Below the pieces are notes generated by a model. The model was not told the DNA's origin, made no database searches, and worked only from the letters and a program-made list of their open reading frames with translations. This document shows, piece by piece, positions 35,648-45,740 of a stretch of 64,000 nucleotides of DNA. The first letter of the stretch is position 1; every line of letters starts with the position of its first letter. The stretch spans positions 200,879 through 264,878 of the forward strand of contig JAOZOU010000004.1 in assembly GCA_029933125.1 (NCBI GenBank), written 5' to 3'. The DNA is from a bacterium. GTDB lineage: Bacteria > Arandabacterota > Arandabacteria > Arandabacterales > Arandabacteraceae. The position numbers were made by a program, and so were the translations under genes.

Positions 35648-36745
35648 ATGGCTCAAGAGCGTTCACTCATGAAAGGAAATGAAGCAATCGGTGAAGCCGC
35701 TATTAGAGCTGGTTGCCGCTTCTATGCAGGTTATCCTATAACCCCTCAAAATGAGCTTACCGAGTATATGTCAAGGCGGATGCCTGAAGTGGGTGGCACC
35801 TTTATCCAATCTGAAAGTGAGTTGGCCGCTATCAATATGGTTTATGGTGCAGCCGCTGCCGGGGCGCGTGCCATGACTTCTTCTTCAGGTCCGGGCATAA
35901 GTCTCAAACAAGAAGGTATTTCCTACCTCTGCGGTGCTGAATTGCCATGTTTCTATGCCAACATAGTGAGGGGCGGGCCTGGGCTTGGCAATATCGCTCC
36001 AGCACAGTCCGATTATTTTCAGGCGACTAGGGGCGGTGGGCATGGAGACTATCGCGTGATAGTTCTTGGTCCCAGCACTGTTCAGGAGCTTGTTGACCTA
36101 ACCATGCTTGGTTTTGAGCTGGCAGATCGCTACCGAAATCCAGCGATGATTCTAGGAGATGGTATCCTTGGTCAGATGATGGAACCTGTGGTGATGAGTG
36201 ATGCCATCGAATATGATGCTTCCCCAAAGAAGGAGTGGGCTTTAGGTAGCTCCGAAGGTAGATCCAAGCATCTTATAACCTCGGTCAGACTGGCACCTGG
36301 AACACTTGAGAAGCACAACATGCACCTTCTTGAAAAATACCGCAAAGTAGAAGAAGATGAAGTACGCTACGAACTCTACGAAGTTGATGATGCTGATGTT
36401 GTGCTTGTTGCTTATGGCACTGCAGCACGGGTTGCTAAGGCGGCTGTTGCAATGTCGAGACAGAATGGTGGTATCAAGCTTGGTCTTGTAAGGCCCATAA
36501 CCCTCTGGCCATTCCCAAAGACTGTAATCTCCGACATTGCAAAGGATAAGCCTGACATATTGGTTGTTGAGATGAGTCTGGGACAAATGTATGAAGATGT
36601 TCTCCTGAGTGTCTGTGGCAAAGCCAAGGTTTCGCTGTTAGCCCATACTGGTGGTGGACTGCCTTCTGAGGCGGAAATAGTGGAAACAGCAAAGCGAGCG
36701 AAGTCTTCTAATGAAGCAATAGAGGTGTATCCATCGGTTGATTAG
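35648..36745 (+). CDS. korA: 2-oxoacid:ferredoxin oxidoreductase alpha subunit
   Basis: KorA/PorA/VorA-like. ATG 35648 lies after the ferredoxin stop. Confidence 0.8.
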   Translation: MAQERSLMKGNEAIGEAAIRAGCRFYAGYPITPQNELTEYMSRRMPEVGGTFIQSESELAAINMVYGAAAAGARAMTSSSGPGISLKQEGISYLCGAELPCFYANIVRGGPGLGNIAPAQSDYFQATRGGGHGDYRVIVLGPSTVQELVDLTMLGFELADRYRNPAMILGDGILGQMMEPVVMSDAIEYDASPKKEWALGSSEGRSKHLITSVRLAPGTLEKHNMHLLEKYRKVEEDEVRYELYEVDDADVVLVAYGTAARVAKAAVAMSRQNGGIKLGLVRPITLWPFPKTVISDIAKDKPDILVVEMSLGQMYEDVLLSVCGKAKVSLLAHTGGGLPSEAEIVETAKRAKSSNEAIEVYPSVD

Positions 36746-37524
36746 TGCTGGAGGTGAAAGTTTTGAAAAAGATTTTTGGAAAGCCTGAGAGCCTGAGCGA
36801 CAAACAGTTTACCTACTGTCCAGGGTGTGGTCATAGCCTCATTCATAGACTTACAGCAGAGGTTATCGATGAGCTTGGGATCATGCCGAGATGCATAGGG
36901 GTTGCCTCAGTAGGTTGTTCTGTTTTCGCTGATGAGTATTTTAATTTTGACTTCATCCAGGCTGCCCACGGGAGGGCACCAGCTGTTGCAACCGGCATTA
37001 AGCGGGTAGCTCCCGAATGTGTTGTCTTTACCCATCAGGGGGACGGTGATCTCGCCTCGATAGGGACAGCCGAGATCATTCACAGTGCTAATCGTGGTGA
37101 GAAGATCACTGTAATTTTTGTTAACAATGCAATCTATGGGATGACAGGTGGGCAGATGGCTCCTACAACCCTTGTTGGCATGAAGACGACGACATCGCCT
37201 CTTGGGCGTAGACCTGAGACAGCTGGCTATCCCATAAGGGTATGCGAGTTGCTGAAAGGCTTTGATGGAGTAGCCTATCTTGAAAGAACTGCGGTAAATA
37301 ACCCTGCAAACGTCATGAAGACTAAGCGAGCTCTTAAGAGAGCTTTTGAAACCCAGCTCGAAGGATTGGGTTTTTCCCTTGTTGAGATTCTATCCCAGTG
37401 TCCAACTGGCTGGGGGATGCTTCCCAAGGATGCTGTAGAATGGGTCGATAAGAATATGAAGCCATACTTTGCTCTCGGTGTTTTCAAGGACATAAGGGCT
37501 GAGGAGCCTCAGCACGTAACATGA
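36745..37524 (+). CDS. korB: 2-oxoacid:ferredoxin oxidoreductase beta subunit (TPP-binding); start uncertain (36745 GTG or 36766 TTG)
   Basis: CPGCGH Cys motif and the TPP-binding GDGD...NN pattern (HQGDGDLASIGTAEIIHSANRGEKITVIFVNNAIYGMTGGQ). Confidence 0.8.
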   Translation: MLEVKVLKKIFGKPESLSDKQFTYCPGCGHSLIHRLTAEVIDELGIMPRCIGVASVGCSVFADEYFNFDFIQAAHGRAPAVATGIKRVAPECVVFTHQGDGDLASIGTAEIIHSANRGEKITVIFVNNAIYGMTGGQMAPTTLVGMKTTTSPLGRRPETAGYPIRVCELLKGFDGVAYLERTAVNNPANVMKTKRALKRAFETQLEGLGFSLVEILSQCPTGWGMLPKDAVEWVDKNMKPYFALGVFKDIRAEEPQHVT

Positions 37525-37540
37525 AAGAGAGGGGGCTTCG

Positions 37541-38077
37541 ATGACAACGAAGTTGATAATGGCTGGCTTTGGTGGACAAGGGGTTGTCCTCATGGGTACG
37601 CTGCTCTCGTACTCAGCGATGGTCCAGGGAAAGCACACGACGTTCTTCCCCTCATACGGTGCTGAGATGCGAGGCGGGACAGCCAATTGCTCAGTAATAG
37701 TTTCCGATGAAGAGATCCCTTCCCCTGTTGTTAGCGTACCGGATTGCGTCGTGGCCATGAATATAGCGTCTCTGGGTAAGTTTGAGGGTAGGGTGAGGGA
37801 GGGTGGTGTGATATTTATCAACTCATCACTGGTTGACAAGCATGTTTCACGCAAGGACGTCGAGGAAGTACGAGTGCCAGCCAATGAGATAGCTGAGGAG
37901 TTAGGAGCCTCAAGGGCTGCTAACATGGTCATGCTCGGAGCTGTAATAAAGAAGACCCGTGCAGTTGAACTGCAGTCAGCAATCAACAGCCTTGAGAAAG
38001 TACTCTCGGAAAGAGCCATGGCTTATCTCGACGTAAACAAGAAGGCTCTCGAACGCGGTTTCAACGAGATACCATAG
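37541..38077 (+). CDS. korG: 2-oxoacid:ferredoxin oxidoreductase gamma subunit
   Basis: MTTKLIMAGFGGQGVVLMGTLL...GAEMRGG is a typical gamma subunit. Confidence 0.75.
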   Translation: MTTKLIMAGFGGQGVVLMGTLLSYSAMVQGKHTTFFPSYGAEMRGGTANCSVIVSDEEIPSPVVSVPDCVVAMNIASLGKFEGRVREGGVIFINSSLVDKHVSRKDVEEVRVPANEIAEELGASRAANMVMLGAVIKKTRAVELQSAINSLEKVLSERAMAYLDVNKKALERGFNEIP

Positions 38078-38120
38078 CTTCTGTTCCCGTAAATTTTTTC
38101 CATCCTCTTACGGCGGAGAT

Positions 38121-40607
38121 TTGGATTTGCGCTGTCTGATGTCCTTAGATTACTCGGAACTCATCCACGAGGTTAGAAAACCCGGCAGATACGGTGGCAA
38201 TTGCCTTAACTTCCCGACAAAGCTTGAGGGTAAGATAAAATTCCTGCTTTGTTTCCCTGATGTCTTTGAAATAGGCATATCGAACCTTGGCCTGCGCATT
38301 CTCTATCATGTGGTTAACAGGCAACCTGATCTCCTTGCAGACCTGGCTTTTGCTCCCTGGATGGATATGGAAGCCTACATGCGCTCAAGGAAGATCTGTC
38401 TTTACGGTCTTGGAACCCATCTTCCTGCGAAACAATTCGACATAGTCGGCTTCTCGCTTCAGCATGAGCTCCACTATACCAATGTGCTGACCATGCTTGA
38501 CCTTTCGGGCATTCCTCTTGGGGCTCGAGAAAGAGGAGAACAGGATCCAATCGTTATAGCTGGTGGTCCCTGTGCCTTTAATCCTGAACCCATGGCTAAG
38601 TTCATAGACGCCTTTGTCATTGGCGATGGTGAGGCTGCGATTGTTGAGATTGGCGAGATGCTCAAAGATGCGAAATCCGCATCGAAAAAGCGAGGCGAGG
38701 TGCTTGAGGAGCTTGGCTCCCTGAAAGGTATCTATGTGCCTCAGGTGGTCATATCTAAAAGTGGTCAGATGATTTCAAGAAGGACTGAGAGTCTGCGGGA
38801 TGCGGACTTTCCAATCCCGCCGATAGTTTCAGTTTTTCCAGCTGTCCACGACAGGTTAACTCTTGAGATTATGAGGGGCTGCACTCATGGCTGTCGCTTC
38901 TGCTCCGCCGGTATGGTGACGAGGCCTGTAAGAGTGCGTTCCGTTGAGAGTGTCGTGAGACTTGCTGAGGCCGGAATCGATGCCAGTGGTTGGGAGGAAA
39001 TATCCCTCATATCGCTTTCCTCATCTGACTATCCTGGCATTGGTGATCTGGTCAAAAGATTGAATATGGCACTCGGTGAGCGCAGGGTGAGTATCTCTTT
39101 GCCATCGATGAGACCGGGAACCTTCACTGAGGAGATGGCTGAGCTTATCAGTACTACAAAGCGGACAGGCCTAACCTTTGCTCCCGAGACAGGTAGCGAC
39201 CATCTTAGGCGTCGCATAAACAAGATGATTGATGAGGATGAGCTTCTTGCAAGTGTGGAGACCGCTTTTAGAAGCGGCTGGGACGGCATCAAACTCTACT
39301 TCATGATCGGGCTTCCTGGCGAAACCTACTCCGATATCGATGGACTCATAAAAATGGTTAGATCAGTTGAGGCTATTTGCCGGTTCTATGGACAACGCAA
39401 GCACATAACGGTATCTATTTCACCTTTCGTACCTCGCCCACAAACACCCTTCCAGTGGGAGCCTCAACAGCCACCTGAGGAGATACTGGCGCGTATCCGC
39501 TACATAAGAAAGAACTTGCCTGGCAGGAGAATAAAGGTCAAATGGAGAGATCCCTTTATGGCTCATCTTGAAGGTCTCCTTGCTAGAGGTGATCGCCTCT
39601 ACGCAGACGCCATCCTTGCCGCCTGGCGATCGGGATCGCGTTTTGAAAGCTGGTCTGATCGATTTGATTTTAACCTCTGGCTATGTGCTTTCAAATCTTT
39701 GGGGATAGATCTTGAAAGAGCGTTTGTGAGGAGGGAAATCGATGAGCCTCTGCCCTGGGATCATATTGATGCTGGAGTAACACGTTCCTTCCTCAAGGCT
39801 GAAGCCAGAAGAGCTGACGCAGGTGAGACAACTCCCGACTGTCGAATAGGTGGTTGTACGGATTGTGGAGCCTGTGAGGGTGAGATGCTCACCGAGAAGC
39901 CTAAGGCGGCTGAATCCACCATAATCAAGTATGTGTTGCGAGCTAAGCCCCAAAGGGAAGAATTGAAGATGAGGCTCAGGGTGAAGTATGCGAAGCGGGA
40001 GGAGATGTTGCTCGCTTCCCATCTTGATATAGCCAGAGCCATACAACGTGCTCTACGCAGGGCAAAGATGCCTCTTTGCTATTCAGAGGGTTTCAGTCCC
40101 CATCCCAGGGTTGCCTTTGGTCCACCTTTGCCACTCGGCTGTCTCGGAGAGGGCGAATACTTCGATGTAATTCTCAACAGGGTACCTCCGAGGGAGTGGA
40201 TAGAGCAGGTTAACTCAGGGCTTCCCAAGGGACTTGTTGTGCTCGAGGGCGGGATGGTTAGATTGAGATCCGAGTCGCTCATTGACCTCATAAACGCAGC
40301 AACATATGCAATTGAGATAACCTGTGAGCCAGGTGAGGCCGCTGAGCAAGTTGCGTCCCATCTAACAAAGAGTCTTAAGGGTACAGAGTGGGTCATTTCC
40401 CTAGATGTGACGAGGCACACAAAGGGGTTGAAAGTCACTCTGGCGGCGCGGCTTTCCAGAGGTGGAAAGAGCCCTGAGAAAAGGCTGGATGAACTCTTAA
40501 AAACCAAAGGTTATTGCTATAGAATAACAAGGACTGGTTTGTATGTTGAAGTTGATGGTAAGCTCACCTCAGTCTTGAGGCTAGCTTCGGTAGAGGAGCA
40601 GAAGTGA
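38121..40607 (+). CDS. B12-binding-like radical SAM protein (TIGR03960 type) fused to DUF2344 (TIGR03936 type)
   Basis: Radical-SAM CxxxCxxC (CTHGCRFC), 828 aa, C-terminal DUF2344-like region. Sits immediately upstream of and overlapping rng, the conserved pairing. Confidence 0.7.
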   Translation: MDLRCLMSLDYSELIHEVRKPGRYGGNCLNFPTKLEGKIKFLLCFPDVFEIGISNLGLRILYHVVNRQPDLLADLAFAPWMDMEAYMRSRKICLYGLGTHLPAKQFDIVGFSLQHELHYTNVLTMLDLSGIPLGARERGEQDPIVIAGGPCAFNPEPMAKFIDAFVIGDGEAAIVEIGEMLKDAKSASKKRGEVLEELGSLKGIYVPQVVISKSGQMISRRTESLRDADFPIPPIVSVFPAVHDRLTLEIMRGCTHGCRFCSAGMVTRPVRVRSVESVVRLAEAGIDASGWEEISLISLSSSDYPGIGDLVKRLNMALGERRVSISLPSMRPGTFTEEMAELISTTKRTGLTFAPETGSDHLRRRINKMIDEDELLASVETAFRSGWDGIKLYFMIGLPGETYSDIDGLIKMVRSVEAICRFYGQRKHITVSISPFVPRPQTPFQWEPQQPPEEILARIRYIRKNLPGRRIKVKWRDPFMAHLEGLLARGDRLYADAILAAWRSGSRFESWSDRFDFNLWLCAFKSLGIDLERAFVRREIDEPLPWDHIDAGVTRSFLKAEARRADAGETTPDCRIGGCTDCGACEGEMLTEKPKAAESTIIKYVLRAKPQREELKMRLRVKYAKREEMLLASHLDIARAIQRALRRAKMPLCYSEGFSPHPRVAFGPPLPLGCLGEGEYFDVILNRVPPREWIEQVNSGLPKGLVVLEGGMVRLRSESLIDLINAATYAIEITCEPGEAAEQVASHLTKSLKGTEWVISLDVTRHTKGLKVTLAARLSRGGKSPEKRLDELLKTKGYCYRITRTGLYVEVDGKLTSVLRLASVEEQK

Positions 40608-42148
40608 GAAAGGAAATCATAATAAATGTTGAGCCCTTTGAAACACGTATCGGGATAAAAGAAGACGGCCAGCTGGTCGAATACATGGTCGAGCGAGCAG
40701 GAGATAAACTTGCAGTTGGCGATATTTACAAGGCTCGTGTCACTGCTGTCTTGCCAGGCATGCAAGCTGCTTTCCTTGATATTGGCTATGAGCGAAGTGC
40801 TTTCCTTCATGTCTCTGACTTGACTGTCGATATTGGTGAGTATGAGAAAATCGAGGACAGGTTGAGTGGCGATGATGTGATCTTTACCTCTATTGCCTCG
40901 AAGGAAAAGGAGATCCAGATTGAAAATGTCCTTGCGAAAGGTGACGAAATCCTTGTCCAGGTCACCAAGGAACCGATAGGTACCAAAGGTCCCCGGGTAA
41001 GCACACAGCTTTCGCTGCCAGGCCGTTATGTTGTTCTTATGCCTAAAGCCGATCTTGTCGGTGTCTCGAGACGAATTGAAGCGCGCGAAGAGCGGCATCG
41101 TCTCAAGGAGATCATAGCACCCCTTAAACCAAAAGGCATGGGAGTGATTGTTCGGACAGCTGGTGAGGGAATGGATAAGAGACACTTTGAGGCTGACATA
41201 AAGTTCCTTACCAGGCTGTGGAAAAAGCTAGCCAAGAAGGCTGAGAAGGCGAAAGCTCCGAGCCTCATATATAAGGACATGGAGATCATAACACGCCTTG
41301 TAAGGGATGTGTTCACTGAAGATGTGACTGCGGTAGTAATAGATTCCAAGAAGGAATATCGCGAGATCCTCTCCTATCTGCGATCCTTTGCACCTGAGCT
41401 CCGCTCGCGGGTACATCTTTACAAGGAGGATACACCCATCTTCGATGCCTACGAAATAGAGAAAGAGACCGAGAAAATCCTAAACCGTATAGTACCACTC
41501 AAAAAGGGTGGATTCATATCAATTGACCACACTGAGGCTCTCGTTGCTATTGATGTTAACACAGGTAGATACCGAGGAGCTAGGGATCAGGAGGAGACAG
41601 CTCTGAGAACCAACCTTCAGGCTGCTAGGGAAATTGCTAGGCAGTTGCGCCTGCGTGATCTCGGAGGGATCATAGTAATCGACTTCATAGACATGGAGCT
41701 TGAAGAGAATCGCAAGAAAGTTCTCGATGAGCTGCGCATGGGCCTCAAAAGGGATAGGTCACGAACAAAGGCACTAAAGGTCAGCGAAATGGGACTTGTT
41801 GAGATGACCCGCCAGCGGGTTCGCCCAAGCCTTGGCCAGCTTCTGAGTGAAACTTGTCCGACGTGTGGTGGATCCGGAAGGGTTCTCTCTCTCGAATCCA
41901 TTGAGATGCGTCTCGAGAGATCGCTTAAGCGCATGAGAAGCAGGACGAACGAGAAGAGGATCCAGCTCTATCTCAATCCTGAATTTGCCTTCCGCATGCT
42001 TTCCGAAAGCGCCAGGCGGATAATTCATCTTGAAAAACGTTTTAAGCTGGAGATCGATGTCAAGGATGATCCCAACCTTCGAAGAGAGGAATTTGTTGTG
42101 CGCTCCTCACGCACCGGCGAAGATCTCACATACCTCCTTGAACCCTAA
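40604..42148 (+). CDS. rng: ribonuclease G/E family endoribonuclease
   Basis: N-terminal S1 domain, DNase-I-like catalytic core (GGIIVIDFIDME), and Zn-link CPTCGGSG. Confidence 0.8.
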   Translation: MRKEIIINVEPFETRIGIKEDGQLVEYMVERAGDKLAVGDIYKARVTAVLPGMQAAFLDIGYERSAFLHVSDLTVDIGEYEKIEDRLSGDDVIFTSIASKEKEIQIENVLAKGDEILVQVTKEPIGTKGPRVSTQLSLPGRYVVLMPKADLVGVSRRIEAREERHRLKEIIAPLKPKGMGVIVRTAGEGMDKRHFEADIKFLTRLWKKLAKKAEKAKAPSLIYKDMEIITRLVRDVFTEDVTAVVIDSKKEYREILSYLRSFAPELRSRVHLYKEDTPIFDAYEIEKETEKILNRIVPLKKGGFISIDHTEALVAIDVNTGRYRGARDQEETALRTNLQAAREIARQLRLRDLGGIIVIDFIDMELEENRKKVLDELRMGLKRDRSRTKALKVSEMGLVEMTRQRVRPSLGQLLSETCPTCGGSGRVLSLESIEMRLERSLKRMRSRTNEKRIQLYLNPEFAFRMLSESARRIIHLEKRFKLEIDVKDDPNLRREEFVVRSSRTGEDLTYLLEP

Positions 42149-42163
42149 AGCAGAGATTAAGTG

Positions 42164-42192
42164 TTGACACAGGCAGTTGCGTGTGTTAGATA
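42164..42192 (+). promoter_or_regulatory. sigma-70-like promoter TTGACA-N17-TAGATA upstream of rplU-rpmA
   Basis: Exact -35 hexamer and 17-nt spacer, about 28 nt upstream of ATG 42221. Confidence 0.5.
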
Positions 42193-42220
42193 AATTGGGA
42201 ATTGCGCGAGGTGATCCTAT

Positions 42221-42532
42221 ATGTATGCGATTATAGATGTTGGTGGCAGACAGATCAAAGTTGAGCCTGATCAGAATGTGCGCGTACCCAGGCTCGAGGC
42301 TGAAGTAGGCTCAGAGGTAACCTTCGATAGAGTCTATCTCGTCAAGTCAGATGGTGATGTCAGAATAGGCGAACCCCTTGTTGATGGGGCGAAAGTTGTT
42401 GGTGAGGTTGTAGCCCACGGCAGAGGAGAGAAGATAGTCGTCTATAAGTATAAGAGGCGCAAGTATTATAGACGGAAACGCGGACATAGGCAGGCTTATA
42501 CGGAGGTTCGCATTACCAATATTACGGGTTGA
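42221..42532 (+). CDS. rplU: 50S ribosomal protein L21
   Basis: MYAIIDVGGRQIKVEP... Confidence 0.9.
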   Translation: MYAIIDVGGRQIKVEPDQNVRVPRLEAEVGSEVTFDRVYLVKSDGDVRIGEPLVDGAKVVGEVVAHGRGEKIVVYKYKRRKYYRRKRGHRQAYTEVRITNITG

Positions 42533-42547
42533 GGGGGTTAGGTTCCA

Positions 42548-42799
42548 ATGGCACATAAGAAAGGTGTCGGAAGCTCAAGAAACGGACGCGACAGCAATGC
42601 ACAAAGACTCGGGGTCAAGCGCTTCGGAGGCCAATTCGTGACAGCTGGATCAATCATAGTCAGGCAAAGGGGAACAAAGTTTCTCCCAGGTCTCAATGTC
42701 GGTATGGGCAAAGACAATACCCTCTTCGCTTTGGTCAGTGGACGTGTGGCTTTCGAAAGGCACGGAAGAGATAAGAAGCGGGTCAGTGTTTACGCATAG
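42548..42799 (+). CDS. rpmA: 50S ribosomal protein L27
   Basis: [28 protein letters not shown]... Confidence 0.9.
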   Translation: MAHKKGVGSSRNGRDSNAQRLGVKRFGGQFVTAGSIIVRQRGTKFLPGLNVGMGKDNTLFALVSGRVAFERHGRDKKRVSVYA

Positions 42800-42887
42800 A
42801 AGTCCCGCTTAGTCCGATTCCAAGTCCTTTTTGGCGGTTCTGTTCTGCTTCTTCATTCTGGTGTGCTTCTTCGCAGGAGGTGGCAAC

Positions 42888-43541
42888 ATGAAGATCAAGT
42901 GGTTAGGCCATTCTGCGTTCTTGCTCACCTCGGAGAGTGGCGTGAGGATTCTCACGGACCCCTATGAGAGCGGTGGCTACGAAGGCAAGGTTGGCTACAA
43001 GCCGATAAAGGAAAAGGTTGACATCGTAACTGCTAGTCATTCCCATGAGGATCACTACTACCTTGAAGATCTACCTGAAGGCTATGAATGCATAACAGAT
43101 CCAGGAAAACATGAGGTCAAGGGTGTAGTGATCACTGGTATCAAAACTTACCACGATACCAGTGGTGGTAAGGAGAGAGGTCGTAACATCGTCTTCGTGA
43201 TCGAAGTTGATGGTATTCGGGTCTGTCATCTCGGTGATCTAGGACATACCCTTTCGGAGGAAAACCTCAGCCAGATTGGGAAAGTGGATGTGCTTCTCTT
43301 ACCTGTTGGCGGTTTTTATACAATTGGTCCCAAAGAGGCTCTATCTGTGATGAAGGCTATTTCGCCTGCCATTACAATTCCAATGCATTTTAAGACCGAG
43401 GTTCTTGAATTTCCTATAAAACCCGTAGAGGATTTTCTTTCGATGGCTGGAGACTACGAACGCCCAGGTAGTTCAGAAATAGAAATCAAACCGGAAGATC
43501 TCAAAGGTGGACGCATCATAGTGCTCGAGCATGCCCTGTAA
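42888..43541 (+). CDS. MBL-fold metallo-hydrolase
   Basis: HxHxDH motif (ASHSHEDH). ATG 42888 has SD GCAGGAGG upstream. Confidence 0.65.
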   Translation: MKIKWLGHSAFLLTSESGVRILTDPYESGGYEGKVGYKPIKEKVDIVTASHSHEDHYYLEDLPEGYECITDPGKHEVKGVVITGIKTYHDTSGGKERGRNIVFVIEVDGIRVCHLGDLGHTLSEENLSQIGKVDVLLLPVGGFYTIGPKEALSVMKAISPAITIPMHFKTEVLEFPIKPVEDFLSMAGDYERPGSSEIEIKPEDLKGGRIIVLEHAL

Positions 43542-43567
43542 ACCCATGTTGCCCTGAGGAGGAACTG

Positions 43568-44410
43568 ATGAGGCAGGTCAACGTTGATGAAATAAGACAA
43601 GCCGTTAAGAATCTGTCCATAACAACGAACTGCGTCCTCGGAGATGCAGAGATCGAATATATCAAGAAGATGCTGGCAATTGAAGAATCTCCTACAGGTC
43701 AGGAAATCCTCAAGATGGTTCTTGAGAATGCACGGATTGCGCGTGAGGAGATGTTACCGATATGCCAGGACACGGGCTTTGCGGTTGTCTTTCTCGAGAT
43801 AGGGCAGGATGTTTGCTTCATTGGCGGTGACCTCAATGAAGCCATAACCCAGGGCGTAAGAGAAGGCTATGAGGAGGGGTATCTTCGCAAATCAATACTT
43901 TCTGATCCGATTAAGAGGATTAATACGGGAGACAATACACCACCCGTTGTGCACCTCAAGATCGTTCCAGGAGATAAAGTCAAGATTGTCTTTGCTCCCA
44001 AGGGTGGAGGAAGCGAGAACATGAGTGGTGTTGCTATGCTCAAGCCTGCTGATGGAATCGAGGGCGTGAAGACTTTTGTAATTGAGAAAGTCGAGTCGGC
44101 AGGCGGAAATCCGTGTCCACCTATAGTTGTTGGTGTTGGAATTGGTGGGACCTTTGAGTATTGTGCTTTCATGGCCAAGAAGGCACTGCTAAGACCTCTT
44201 GGTGAAAGGCATCCTGACCCCTTCTATGCAGCTCTCGAGGAGGAGCTGCTTGAGAAAATAAATTCAACAGGGGTTGGGCCTCAGGGCTTGGGAGGCAGGG
44301 TGACTGCACTTGATGTGCATGTCGAGGTCTACCCTTGTCACATTGCTTCGCTTCCAGTTGCAGTGAATCTAAATTGTCATGCCACGCGCCATGGCGAAAT
44401 AGTCATATAG
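43568..44410 (+). CDS. Fe-S hydro-lyase (class I fumarate hydratase / tartrate dehydratase) alpha subunit
   Basis: FumA/TtdA-type catalytic N-domain with Cys ligands (CQDTG...). Confidence 0.75.
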   Translation: MRQVNVDEIRQAVKNLSITTNCVLGDAEIEYIKKMLAIEESPTGQEILKMVLENARIAREEMLPICQDTGFAVVFLEIGQDVCFIGGDLNEAITQGVREGYEEGYLRKSILSDPIKRINTGDNTPPVVHLKIVPGDKVKIVFAPKGGGSENMSGVAMLKPADGIEGVKTFVIEKVESAGGNPCPPIVVGVGIGGTFEYCAFMAKKALLRPLGERHPDPFYAALEEELLEKINSTGVGPQGLGGRVTALDVHVEVYPCHIASLPVAVNLNCHATRHGEIVI

Positions 44411-44419
44411 GGGGATACG

Positions 44420-44980
44420 ATGGGAGATACCAGAAAAATTGAAACGCCTCTCAGTGATGAGGTTGTGAGATCGCTTGCGATGGGGGAGAAGGTTCTTATA
44501 AACGGCATCATCTATTCAGCAAGGGATGCTGCCCATAAAAGGCTTGTCGAGCTTATTGAGCGTGGCGAGGAGCTCCCTTTTGACGTCAACGGCCAGGCGA
44601 TCTACTATGTCGGTCCAACACCTGCGAAGCCTGGCTTTGCAGTGGGTTCGGCTGGACCGACCACTTCATATAGGATGGATCCATATGCACCTTTGCTGAT
44701 AGAAAAGGGCCTTAAGGGAATGATTGGCAAGGGCGGGCGATCAGAAACTGTTAAGGAAGCTATGAAGAAGTATGGGGCAGTCTACTTTGCTGCCGTTGGC
44801 GGAGCTGGTGCTCTGATTTCAAAATCCATAGTCAGTGCTGAAGTAATTGCTTACCCTGAGCTCGGAGCCGAAGCAATAAGGAGGATGGAGGTCAAGGACT
44901 TTCCGGTGATCGTGGCAATCGATGCCCAGGGCAATGACCTTTATCAAAAGGGTAGGGAGGCTTACGCATTAGGTGCCTGA
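44420..44980 (+). CDS. Fe-S hydro-lyase (class I fumarate hydratase / tartrate dehydratase) beta subunit
   Basis: FumB/TtdB-type C-terminal domain. 186 aa. Confidence 0.75.
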   Translation: MGDTRKIETPLSDEVVRSLAMGEKVLINGIIYSARDAAHKRLVELIERGEELPFDVNGQAIYYVGPTPAKPGFAVGSAGPTTSYRMDPYAPLLIEKGLKGMIGKGGRSETVKEAMKKYGAVYFAAVGGAGALISKSIVSAEVIAYPELGAEAIRRMEVKDFPVIVAIDAQGNDLYQKGREAYALGA

Positions 44981-45740
44981 TGCGATAGGCATAATTGGCG
45001 TGATTCCAGCCAGGTATGGGTCGAGGCGCTTCCCTGGTAAGCCCCTTGCGAGGATAGCTGGGAAACCCATGATTCAGCATGTCTATGAGCGCGCTCTGCG
45101 TTCCCGCCTTCTTTCCGATGTGATCGTTGCCACCGATGATAGAAGAATCCTGAGCGTTGTCGAAGGCTTCGGTGGCAGGGCTCTTATGACATCTCGGGAT
45201 CACCCAACAGGTAGTGATAGGGTTGCTGAAGTCGCATCAAGAGTTGAAGGCGCATTCTATGTCAACATCCAGGGAGATGAGCCTCTTATCGATCCCGGTG
45301 CCATAGATAAGTGTGCAAGTCTGCTGCGTGAAGGGCATGCAATGTCTACGCTTATGGTGAGGATAACGACTTGGGATGATGTTTTTGATCCAAACATCGT
45401 TAAGGTGGTGACCTCAAGTGAGGGAAAAGCCATCTACTTCTCACGTTCGCCGATTCCCTATGTCCCCGGAGATGTTCGATCACAGGCGAAAGCAAGCCCA
45501 GATGGTTATTTTCGCCATGTTGGTATCTATGGTTACACAGCGGAGGTTCTTGATTCCCTGCATGGGGCTGGTCAGTGCTGGCTGGAGGTGGCGGAGTCCC
45601 TTGAGCAGCTTCGGGCTCTGTGGCTAGGTATTCCGATTGCCGTGGCCGAGGTGGAATCTGCAGGTCCCTGTGTTGATCTTCCAGAGGACATTGCAAAGGT
45701 CGAAGCGATAATAGGTATGGACGGCAAGACCAATGGCTAA
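44973..45740 (+). CDS. kdsB: 3-deoxy-manno-octulosonate cytidylyltransferase (CMP-Kdo synthetase)
   Basis: [18 protein letters not shown]... Confidence 0.85.
   Translation: MPDAIGIIGVIPARYGSRRFPGKPLARIAGKPMIQHVYERALRSRLLSDVIVATDDRRILSVVEGFGGRALMTSRDHPTGSDRVAEVASRVEGAFYVNIQGDEPLIDPGAIDKCASLLREGHAMSTLMVRITTWDDVFDPNIVKVVTSSEGKAIYFSRSPIPYVPGDVRSQAKASPDGYFRHVGIYGYTAEVLDSLHGAGQCWLEVAESLEQLRALWLGIPIAVAEVESAGPCVDLPEDIAKVEAIIGMDGKTNG

Noticed and set aside
37390-38019. 209-aa - strand ORF across korB/korG
   Set aside because: Antisense overlap with TPP-binding and gamma-subunit genes. Translation is low-complexity Ser/Thr/Ala-rich.
38078-38120. CCGTAA...TTACGG inverted repeat with T-run after korG
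   Set aside because: The stem is only 6 bp with a 15-nt loop. It could be a weak terminator but is not convincing.
40517-41185. 222-aa - strand ORF across the rSAM/rng junction
   Set aside because: Antisense to the S1 domain of RNase G, which is strongly conserved on the + strand.
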